From assembly GCA_965224195.1 (NCBI GenBank), contig OZ245040.1, positions 1,760,001-1,824,000 of the forward strand: a DNA stretch of 64,000 nucleotides. Direction: 5' to 3'. Shown piece by piece: positions 50,157-57,913 of this stretch; position 1 is the stretch's first letter; every line of letters starts with the position of its first letter. The DNA comes from Nitrosopumilus sp. (GTDB taxonomy: Archaea; Thermoproteota; Nitrososphaeria; Nitrososphaerales; Nitrosopumilaceae). Made by a program: the position numbers and the translations under genes. The notes below the pieces were generated by a model. The model had not been told where the DNA came from. It searched no databases and saw only the letters and a program-made list of their open reading frames with translations.

Positions 50157-51731
50157 CTAGAGTCCAAATGGGGTTTCAAGTAAGACTCCACCAACTGGCA
50201 CATTAGGTGCAGGGTTTGAATCTCCAATGGGTTCCTCAGTAATTACAATTGCATCGTAAATCCAAGGATTTACCATTTGTTGTGAAAACGAAAGTTTTCC
50301 ATTATCATGAGACTTGCCTAGACTTAGCTTATAGCCAGAGTCCATATCAACAAGCCATCCTTCTTGAACCATTCCTGATGAAGTGTTTTTGATGTGAGTA
50401 GTTACATTGACATGATCACTACCATCGACTGAAATTGAAAAAGTTCCAACAGTTATACCGCCAAATGGGGCATCACCTGAAGGTGCAGTTAAGTCACCTT
50501 TCGTAGGACTATCTTTCATCATCATTTTGTCATCCATCATTTTATCTTTCATCATATGATCGTCTTTCATCATCATCTTATCCATCTTAGAATCTACTTC
50601 AACAAATGGGCAGTTTACTACAAAACCAGCTAAACCAGTTTCAAGTTTACCTTTAGATGCTGCTTGGGTTATTTCACCAACAGTCTTTAGAAAATCTGCG
50701 CTGTCAGGATTATCCCATGTTGCAGTTTGGATTCTCCAAAGTGGACTATAGAATTTGTCTCCAACAGTTGTTGAACCAATACTTGCTTGGAACCCTAATG
50801 GGCCATTACCTTCTAAACCATTTGTAAATACATACAAATCTGAAGATGATGATGTAGCGATTGTTTCTTGAATTCTAGGAACATAAATTACGCCTAATGC
50901 ATCTGCAACATCTTTTGAGGATGCGTCAGTTGCAATATAGTAGATAGTGTCACCATTTGGTGCAAAACCTCTATGGGCAACAAATGTTACTTTCATGTTT
51001 TCAAGATCAATGTCAAGTACTTGTCCTCCACCATATGGATCAGCACCAGTTACATGAGGATTATCTCTAAGTTGGAGTTGACCACCATGCCATTTTACAA
51101 ATGGACAGTTTACAATTACTCCAGCTTCTTCAATAGATAATTCACCGCTACTTTGAGCTTTAAAAATATCCATTTCAGATTTTAATTCTCTTGGTTCTGA
51201 ACCTTCATTCCATGTTACTGCATTTACATTCCATAGTGGACTGTATTTGTCATCTCCTGGTTGAGAATCAGCAACTTGTGGCTGAAAACCAAAAGCACCA
51301 GTACCTTCTATACCATTAGTAAATGCATAGATTTGTGCAAGTGCTTCTTCTGGTGTAGATTCTAATGCAGGAGTATAAGCAACTCTAAATCCTGTAAGAT
51401 CAGTTAAATGATTAGCAACCTCTTCTACTGATGCTTCAGTAGAGATATAGAAAATCTCTTCACCATTTGCATATCCTCTTGTTAAAGGAATATCAAGTGG
51501 TAAGTTAGTGTTTGAAAGAGTTGGTTGTTTTTTTGAACTAGTCATACTAGGTTCAGGTTCTGAACATAATCTATCACCACATACAAGTGAATTGACAGAT
51601 CCCGTTTTTGTTAGAGAATTACCTTTACTTTTCAATGCTTCAGCATTTGGAATCAAATCCACAGATGCAACTGTAGCAGATGTCATAAGAACAGCCATAA
51701 TGAATAGGACTGAAATTGTTTTGTTCGTCAT
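50157..51731 (-). CDS. Exported protein with two YSPLW...VNCP repeats and a Met-rich linker
   Basis: Signal peptide; duplicated 'YI.T.AS...YSPLW...VNCPFV'; 'MDKMMMKDDHMMKDKMMDDKMMMKD'. Confidence 0.82.
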   Translation of the reverse strand: MTNKTISVLFIMAVLMTSATVASVDLIPNAEALKSKGNSLTKTGSVNSLVCGDRLCSEPEPSMTSSKKQPTLSNTNLPLDIPLTRGYANGEEIFYISTEASVEEVANHLTDLTGFRVAYTPALESTPEEALAQIYAFTNGIEGTGAFGFQPQVADSQPGDDKYSPLWNVNAVTWNEGSEPRELKSEMDIFKAQSSGELSIEEAGVIVNCPFVKWHGGQLQLRDNPHVTGADPYGGGQVLDIDLENMKVTFVAHRGFAPNGDTIYYIATDASSKDVADALGVIYVPRIQETIATSSSSDLYVFTNGLEGNGPLGFQASIGSTTVGDKFYSPLWRIQTATWDNPDSADFLKTVGEITQAASKGKLETGLAGFVVNCPFVEVDSKMDKMMMKDDHMMKDKMMDDKMMMKDSPTKGDLTAPSGDAPFGGITVGTFSISVDGSDHVNVTTHIKNTSSGMVQEGWLVDMDSGYKLSLGKSHDNGKLSFSQQMVNPWIYDAIVITEEPIGDSNPAPNVPVGGVLLETPFGL

Positions 51732-51960
51732 TGTAAAATAGAATGATTTTAGGTATTAAGCCAGTTTTCCACTTTAGACCCCAATCTTTTGAAAATCAAT
51801 TTGGATAAAATTTTGGTAAAATAGATTAATGTTATCAAAAATTGCATTCAATGATTCGGTTCGAATTTTTCCTCTTGTTCGTGGTTTTGTCACTTCGAAT
51901 CGAATCAAAAAAGTGTTAGTTATAGACAAAAGAACAGGGTGTTGAACTGATCTGACAAAA

Positions 51961-51975
51961 CCCGATGGGAGCATT
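51961..51975 (+). repeat. attR core (duplicate of tRNA-Glu 3' end)
   Basis: CCCGATGGGAGCATT. Confidence 0.88.
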
Positions 51976-52021
51976 TTAATTTTAAAATTGTTTCTTTAAA
52001 TAACAAAATTCTCAATCAAGT

Positions 52022-52681
52022 TTGTTGGGTTTAAGAGAAATCGAATTAAAAGAAGAATATCGTTCAGACAAAGATGATATTGTTTCCGAATTTTTCCTCC
52101 CCTGTCTAAGTAATTGTATTGAATATGATAGATGTGTTGATTTTTTATCGATTCAAACACTATCAACATTCTCAGTAGCATTTGAGAGATTTGCAGAAGG
52201 GAAAGCAAAGTTAAGGATTGTCACAGGACATAGATTTAGAACTGCTGATCTTAATTTGTTTACAAAACTCTTTTCTGAAAAATATACAAAGTCATTTGAT
52301 GGAAAATTAATCAAAGACGCTAAAATGCAAAAACTTCAAGACATCGTGAATAATGGACAAGTTGAATTAAAAATTGCAATTCCAAATTCAGAGAGCATAG
52401 CAGATACATTTTCAGAAAGAATTGGGATTTTTAGGGATGAGGATGATCAAACAGTTGCGTTTACAGGAACATCTAAAGAATCATTTTCGGCTCAAACTAG
52501 AGATTTTGAATCAGTGGATGTATTTACATCATGGAATGATAAATCCAGAGTTGAAAGAAAAGTAAAAGACTTTGAAGACTTGTGGCAAAATAAAACAAAG
52601 CATGTAGAAGTTTATGATTTTATGTATGCTGAAGAAAATAATCTTTTAAAATATTCTTCAGAATGGATTATGAGAGATTAG
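52022..52681 (+). CDS. Stand-alone PLD-like domain (as found N-terminal in SF2 helicase/restriction proteins), degenerate HKD
   Basis: 'YRSDKDDIVSEFFLP', 'YDRCVDF', 'FSERIGIF', 'FTGTSKES', 'FESVDVFTSW', 'FEDLW'. Confidence 0.72.
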   Translation: MLGLREIELKEEYRSDKDDIVSEFFLPCLSNCIEYDRCVDFLSIQTLSTFSVAFERFAEGKAKLRIVTGHRFRTADLNLFTKLFSEKYTKSFDGKLIKDAKMQKLQDIVNNGQVELKIAIPNSESIADTFSERIGIFRDEDDQTVAFTGTSKESFSAQTRDFESVDVFTSWNDKSRVERKVKDFEDLWQNKTKHVEVYDFMYAEENNLLKYSSEWIMRD

Positions 52682-53241
52682 AGATTAAATGATTCTTCAA
52701 ATCTTGATTTGTTTTCAGAAAAATCCATTTTGTTAATTTTATAGTAAATAACTTCACCACGGCGCTCAATTACTGCAATTATAGGTTCTTTTCCCATTTG
52801 AGTAATCTCTTCAATCTTTTTTTGTAGATTTCCCATCTTTTCTTGTTGACCTTCATTTAGTCCAAAGATTAGAAATTTTGCTCCTTTTTCACCATATTGA
52901 CCTCTCTCATAAACTCTAAAATCAGAACCAAATCCAAATCCATCTTTTACAACATACCCTCTATTCCGAAGATCACGATAAATTAAAAATTTCGTTAAAA
53001 TTTCAGAATCAGTTTTTTGAACAATACCCATAAAGGTATCAAAATCAATTTGTTTTTTTTTATTTTTTAAAACCAGTCGTTTTGTATACAGCAAGTAAAG
53101 AGTTTCAAATGATTTTAGGAATAATTTTTCTTTTTCAATTTCTCCAAAGCCCTTTAATTCTAATTCATGAATCATGTTCTTTTGTGAAATACATGTTTGA
53201 TCAGAAACTAATTCTCCATCAACTAACGGGGTCTCATCCAT
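52678..53241 (-). CDS. endA: tRNA splicing endonuclease subunit
   Basis: 'IYRDLRNRGYVVKDGFGFGSDFRVYERG'. Confidence 0.9.
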   Translation of the reverse strand: MDETPLVDGELVSDQTCISQKNMIHELELKGFGEIEKEKLFLKSFETLYLLYTKRLVLKNKKKQIDFDTFMGIVQKTDSEILTKFLIYRDLRNRGYVVKDGFGFGSDFRVYERGQYGEKGAKFLIFGLNEGQQEKMGNLQKKIEEITQMGKEPIIAVIERRGEVIYYKINKMDFSENKSRFEESFNL

Positions 53242-53339
53242 AATAAAGTGAAAATCAAAGGATTTCCATATAAGCATTGGAGAATATGGGGGATGTCCTG
53301 CTAACCGTTAAAATATGGGCATTTTGGCTTGAGATTATC

Positions 53340-53849
53340 ATGCATGGTGCTAATTATCGAGATGGAAAAGGTCAAGTCTTTACAAGAAAAGAATACATCA
53401 AAGGTAAACCGCAAATCAAAATTGCAAAATTTCAAGGTGGTAAAAGAGGAACATATCAGTACTGTGTTCAATTATTGTTAAACGAAAAAATTCAAATCCG
53501 ACACATGGCGATTGAATCTACAAGATTAGCAGCAAACAAAACACTAGAAAAAACAACTGGTGAAACAGGGTATTATTCAAGATTAAGAATTTATCCACAC
53601 AATCTTCTTAGAGAAAACAAACAAATCGCAACTGCAGGTGCAGACAGAGTTTCAGAAGGAATGAGAAGATCATGGGGGAAAGCAGTAAGCCTAGGTGCCA
53701 GAGTAAAACAAGGACAATGTATTATGGAACTATATGTAAACGGAGATGCTCATTTAACAGCTGCAAAAAAAGCACTTCATGGTTCATGTGTAAAATTACC
53801 AGGAACCCCACTCATCAAAGTGATTGAATGGAATAAATTATCACCATAA
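53340..53849 (+). CDS. rpl10e: 50S ribosomal protein L10e (uL16)
   Basis: 'QIRHMAIESTR', 'LRENK...AGADRVSEGMRRSWGK'. Confidence 0.95.
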   Translation: MHGANYRDGKGQVFTRKEYIKGKPQIKIAKFQGGKRGTYQYCVQLLLNEKIQIRHMAIESTRLAANKTLEKTTGETGYYSRLRIYPHNLLRENKQIATAGADRVSEGMRRSWGKAVSLGARVKQGQCIMELYVNGDAHLTAAKKALHGSCVKLPGTPLIKVIEWNKLSP

Positions 53850-54104
53850 ATTATCTAAATCAGATTTCTTATTTTTAACAAATTCTAAAAATTCTTGAAA
53901 TTCTTGTTTTGTTGGTTCTCGATTTAGAATTCTTTTTGACTGATAATAAAATGTGTTATAGATTCTCCCAACAACAATACCCAAAGCAAAAGATTTTGAA
54001 TCATCAATTGAGGATAGTGATTTGATTAATTGTTTAATTTCATCTTTATTTGATATAGAGTCTTGAATTTTTTGCTCAATTTTCTTTAGAAGAGTTTCAT
54101 CCAT
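53841..54104 (-). CDS. Hypothetical protein
   Basis: 87-aa ORF. Confidence 0.7.
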   Translation of the reverse strand: MDETLLKKIEQKIQDSISNKDEIKQLIKSLSSIDDSKSFALGIVVGRIYNTFYYQSKRILNREPTKQEFQEFLEFVKNKKSDLDNLW

Positions 54105-54167
54105 AAATCATCTTAACTGAAATAGTTAAAAACAGTTTAATATCCAAATTCAGCCTTGAGGTTTGTT

Positions 54168-54244
54168 GCAGTTATAGTACAGTCTGGTTAGTACTCGTGC
54201 TTGCCAAGTACGTGACCCGGGTTCAAATCCCGGTAACTGCACCA
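54168..54244 (+). tRNA. tRNA-Gly(GCC), CCA encoded
   Basis: GCAGTTA/TAACTGC acceptor, CGTGC-TTGCCAA-GTACG anticodon arm, GGTTCAAATCC T-arm. Confidence 0.95.
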
Positions 54245-54248
54245 CTTT

Positions 54249-54677
54249 TCATTTATTTTTTGGAATCAATGCATTTACAATTATCTCAAGTGCATCTTGA
54301 GCTTTTTCAGGACGTGGTAATTGAATCATAAACACATTGTCTTTTCCATAATTAGATTTTGGGGAAGTAAGGGCAAGCATTGATGTTTTTGCAAGAGATT
54401 GAAAAAAAGCAAGATGAGTTTTTGCATCTACTAGAAATGTTTCAGTAATATTACCTTTTGAAAAAGTCAATGTTACTTCGACAAATACATTACCCAACCC
54501 ATCTTGTAAAATATTTAAATCAGTATTAATGGACAAAGATTGCCCTGCAACTTTTGACAACATCACATCATATTTTTTCTCATCTAATTCAATACAAGGA
54601 GTTTCATTTCCTTCAAAATCAAAAGTAGTGATTCCATGATGCACTCGATCTAAGAATTGTTTGAGTTCATCAGACAT
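54249..54677 (-). CDS. Hypothetical protein
   Basis: 142-aa ORF coupled to the antiporter gene. Confidence 0.75.
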   Translation of the reverse strand: MSDELKQFLDRVHHGITTFDFEGNETPCIELDEKKYDVMLSKVAGQSLSINTDLNILQDGLGNVFVEVTLTFSKGNITETFLVDAKTHLAFFQSLAKTSMLALTSPKSNYGKDNVFMIQLPRPEKAQDALEIIVNALIPKNK

Positions 54678-56013
54678 TTTCTTTATCTTCCAAGGCTGGA
54701 ATTACTTTGTCACCTGCCTTCATCATAAAAGGAGAGAGGAAAGCAGTGACAATAGAAATTATACCAACTAGTGGGAACAAGAAAGGACTAACTGCACCTA
54801 TATCAACTCCAACTTTTACAATGACAATAGAGAATTCCCCTCTGGGAGCTGCCAAAGTAAATGCAGAGCGAAGTGCCTTGCCACGTTTCTGTCTAAAAAT
54901 AAAATTTCCAAGCATATTACCACCAAATTTCATTCCAGTTGCAACTGCAATCAAAGCAATTGCTACAAAAATATAATTTTCAAGTTGAGAAACATCCATC
55001 AAAGCACCAACTGAAATGAAGAATATGGCAACAAACATGTCTTTGATTGGACTTGAGAGTAGCTTTGCCACCTCAGCAGATTTTGATTCGGCAACTAAAA
55101 CCCCTGCTAAAAATGCCCCAATTGCTACAGACAGTCCCACAATATTTGCAAATAATGCGTAACCAAAGCAAAGACCTAGTACACTGAGTAGTAAGATTTC
55201 CCTATGTTCTGCTGCTGCAACTCTATCAATTAGAGGCGGGATTACGCGAGTTCCAATAGTAAAGGTACCTACAATTAATCCAGTGGCAACTAATACAACT
55301 ACAATGATTGATTCTATGGATACAGTTCCAACCAATGCAATTGATTGTAAAGAAGAAATCAAAATAACGGCTATTACATCCTCTACAATCAAAATACCAA
55401 GAATCATAATGGATGATTCTTTTTTGATTTTTCCCATCTCTTCCAATAATTTTACAATAATTGCAGTACTAGATACAGACAAGGCTGCAGAAATAAACAG
55501 AGCATCCATAAATCCTAATCCAAGTGCAGTAGCAGTATAGAACAATACACCTAAGGTTGAAAATAATCCTATAGTTCCAACACCAACAGCAACGCGTCCT
55601 ATACTTTTAATTTTTGCATATGGAAACTCTATACCAATTACAAAAAGAAGTAAGATGACTCCAATTTCAGCAAAAAGATTCAGTGCCGAAATATCAGATA
55701 AAATTCCAATACCACCTATAGCATCAGTAGGAGGTCCGCCTGCAGGCAATATCCAAGACCAAAGGGAAGAAAACGGCCCAATCAGCATTCCTGCAAAAAG
55801 ATATCCAATGATCAATGGTTGTTTAATTTTAAAGAAAGCTAGAGTTACAACAGCGCCAATAATCATAATGAATGCTAAATCAGTGACAAAACTTGTGTGA
55901 GGTAATTCAGGAGTAATTTGTTCGATTAGACTGGTTACAGTATTGTTAAGTGTACTATGAATTCCACCAGAATCTAACTGGAGTGGAATGTTTTGCATGT
56001 TATCAGTTAGCAA
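54670..56013 (-). CDS. CPA2-family cation:proton antiporter
   Basis: 'GVILLLFVIGIE', 'SSTAII', 'ILIVED', 'GAFLAG', 'FFISVG', 'RGEFS'. Confidence 0.92.
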   Translation of the reverse strand: MLTDNMQNIPLQLDSGGIHSTLNNTVTSLIEQITPELPHTSFVTDLAFIMIIGAVVTLAFFKIKQPLIIGYLFAGMLIGPFSSLWSWILPAGGPPTDAIGGIGILSDISALNLFAEIGVILLLFVIGIEFPYAKIKSIGRVAVGVGTIGLFSTLGVLFYTATALGLGFMDALFISAALSVSSTAIIVKLLEEMGKIKKESSIMILGILIVEDVIAVILISSLQSIALVGTVSIESIIVVVLVATGLIVGTFTIGTRVIPPLIDRVAAAEHREILLLSVLGLCFGYALFANIVGLSVAIGAFLAGVLVAESKSAEVAKLLSSPIKDMFVAIFFISVGALMDVSQLENYIFVAIALIAVATGMKFGGNMLGNFIFRQKRGKALRSAFTLAAPRGEFSIVIVKVGVDIGAVSPFLFPLVGIISIVTAFLSPFMMKAGDKVIPALEDKENV

Positions 56014-56123
56014 ATTTGTTTAAAAACGATTGTGGATTATAAATTTCAAATTTTCAGCACATAATTTCAGGCTCAATGATTTTGAAAATCTTTAACCTCT
56101 TTATGCCCAAAGAACATAATCGA

Positions 56124-56190
56124 TATGCAGAGTGATGATTAGGTCATCTGATTTAATGAAGAGAAATGACCTGGGGTATCTGACTGCATA
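56124..56190 (+). ncRNA. Archaeal C/D-box sRNA
   Basis: Terminal stem TATGCAG/CTGCATA; box C GTGATGA 56132, D' CTGA 56148, C' ATGAAGA 56156, D CTGA 56180. Confidence 0.8.
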
Positions 56191-56220
56191 ATTGGTTACT
56201 TTGTAATCACCCTGCTATTA

Positions 56221-56245
56221 ATAGTACGGTACCATACCGTACTAT
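56221..56245. promoter_or_regulatory. Perfect 11-3-11 inverted repeat (putative operator)
   Basis: ATAGTACGGTA-CCA-TACCGTACTAT between a TATA-like box and the ATG at 56246. Confidence 0.65.
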
Positions 56246-56353
56246 ATGATTGAATGTGAATATTGTCCAAGAGGATTTATTGAAACAGCAAACGGACTAG
56301 CTGAAAAGACATTTCATGAATTACTTCATGAACCAGAAGTTGTAAACAAGTAG
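56246..56353 (+). CDS. 35-aa C2H2 zinc-finger micro-protein (not in ORF track)
   Basis: MIECEYCPRGFIETANGLAEKTFHELLHEPEVVNK*; CxxC...HxxxH. Confidence 0.7.
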   Translation: MIECEYCPRGFIETANGLAEKTFHELLHEPEVVNK

Positions 56354-56413
56354 CTCTTTACACTTTTTATTTTACACCTAACTTTTTTATCTTTAAATTT
56401 TAAATGATTGTAC

Positions 56414-57910
56414 ATGGCTGCCAAAATTACAAAAAAGAAGACTACAGTCAAGACAAAGAAAGAGCCTAATCCATCAGTCTTATTAAAAAAAGTAGCATCA
56501 GTTTCAGATTCAAACAAAACATTACAAAAAGAAATTAAAGTAATGTCAAAAATATTTGGTGAAAATCAAAAAGTGTTAGTATCCATGAAAGGAATGATTG
56601 ACACATTAACATCCACACTAGAACATATTCAAAAACAATCAAAACAAATTAACAATATTGAAGACGACACTCAAAAATTATACGCAGGATTAAACCAAGT
56701 CAGATCACAATCAAATTTAGTTAATAAAATTAATGACCAGACTTCTAAATTAGAAAAAGAAATCAATAGAATTTCAGAGTCATCAAAATCTCAAGACATA
56801 TCACAGCAAGTAGAAGAGAGTATGAATTCAATTAAAAATAATTCTCAAATGATTATCAAAATTGCACAAAGAATTGATGAAGTTAGAGATGATTTACGAA
56901 AAGTTTCTGGAAAGACAGATTCATTCTTAGAAATTGGTTCTGAGATGGACAATCTAAAAAATACAATTAATGAGATTTCCGGAAAAACAGCAAAATTAGA
57001 TACAGGTTCACAAATTATTGAAAGCCTCAAACAAGAATTAGGAAGAATTTCAGAAGGGGCGTCATCCAGTTCAAATCTAAATACAGAATTAGAGGCCATC
57101 AAAATTACAATTGATGCAATATCATCTAAAGCATCAAAAATTGATTCGCTAGGAGGAGTAATTGATGGATTAAAACAACAATTTGATTCCATAGAATCAA
57201 AAGCAGGTTCTGTAGATAATTTGAGCCTAGAATCAATTGAAGAATTGGGAGGTAAAATTGATAAAATTGAAACGGAGATTGGAACACTGGCACAAAGAGC
57301 AGATTCCACAGCATTTGTAGGTGAAGGACTAAAATCAGTTCAGGAAGAAGTTTCAAATTTCAAACAAAATGTATTTGATAAAACAAACAGTATTGAACAA
57401 AAAATATCATCAGTCTCAGATACTCTAAAAAGACAAGATGAATCTACAATAGAATTCCATAAAAAATCTGAAAGACTATTTCAAGAATTACAGTCAGTCA
57501 AAGAAGTCACAAGCAAGGCATCTAGTGATTCATCTAAAGAGATGATGGCGTTGTTGAAGCTTTCTGAATACCAGTCAAGCATTAGAATGAATGCTGAATC
57601 AAAATATGGAGTGTCAAAAGATATAGAAAAAATGGCATCTCAAACAGCAGATATTGTAAATCTCTTTGACAGAATTTCAATTGAAGCCGAAGAAAAAATT
57701 CCATTACCTCATGAAGTTCGACAGTGGGCAGTTAGCAAAATATTAGATTGTGCAGATAGGTGGGAAGTAAGATTTAGTGATGTTTATTCAATTTTAGCAA
57801 ATGCAATTGGCAGAGACATGCTAAAAGAAGCAATACGAATTCCGCAAGTACGAGACATTTATGGAATAAGAGCTGTTGATGAAATTAGAAAGGATCTAAA
57901 TATTTCTTAA
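56414..57910 (+). CDS. Long coiled-coil protein of unknown function
   Basis: Heptad-rich ~430 aa with a small globular C-terminus; no TM segments. Confidence 0.8.
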   Translation: MAAKITKKKTTVKTKKEPNPSVLLKKVASVSDSNKTLQKEIKVMSKIFGENQKVLVSMKGMIDTLTSTLEHIQKQSKQINNIEDDTQKLYAGLNQVRSQSNLVNKINDQTSKLEKEINRISESSKSQDISQQVEESMNSIKNNSQMIIKIAQRIDEVRDDLRKVSGKTDSFLEIGSEMDNLKNTINEISGKTAKLDTGSQIIESLKQELGRISEGASSSSNLNTELEAIKITIDAISSKASKIDSLGGVIDGLKQQFDSIESKAGSVDNLSLESIEELGGKIDKIETEIGTLAQRADSTAFVGEGLKSVQEEVSNFKQNVFDKTNSIEQKISSVSDTLKRQDESTIEFHKKSERLFQELQSVKEVTSKASSDSSKEMMALLKLSEYQSSIRMNAESKYGVSKDIEKMASQTADIVNLFDRISIEAEEKIPLPHEVRQWAVSKILDCADRWEVRFSDVYSILANAIGRDMLKEAIRIPQVRDIYGIRAVDEIRKDLNIS

Positions 57911-57913
57911 TTA

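Larger units (their letters stand above)
38078..51975. mobile_element. ~13.9-kb integrated element/genomic island at tRNA-Glu
   Basis: Flanking direct repeat CCCGATGGGAGCATT (tRNA 3' end) at 38078-38092 and 51961-51975; tyrosine integrase next to the tRNA; accessory cargo. Confidence 0.9.

Noticed and set aside
51885-51960. Three GACAAAA heptamers next to attR as integrase arm sites
   Set aside because: Short AT-rich motif that could arise by chance; no matching set noticed near attL
38078-51975. Provirus or conjugative element
   Set aside because: No recognisable capsid, terminase, packaging ATPase, relaxase or T4SS genes
54168-54244. tRNA-Gly as a second integration site
   Set aside because: No duplicate of its 3' end or nearby integrase seen in the window
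56414-57910. Methyl-accepting chemotaxis protein or SMC
   Set aside because: No TM segments, no conserved MCP hairpin-tip motif and no Walker motifs; only generic coiled coil
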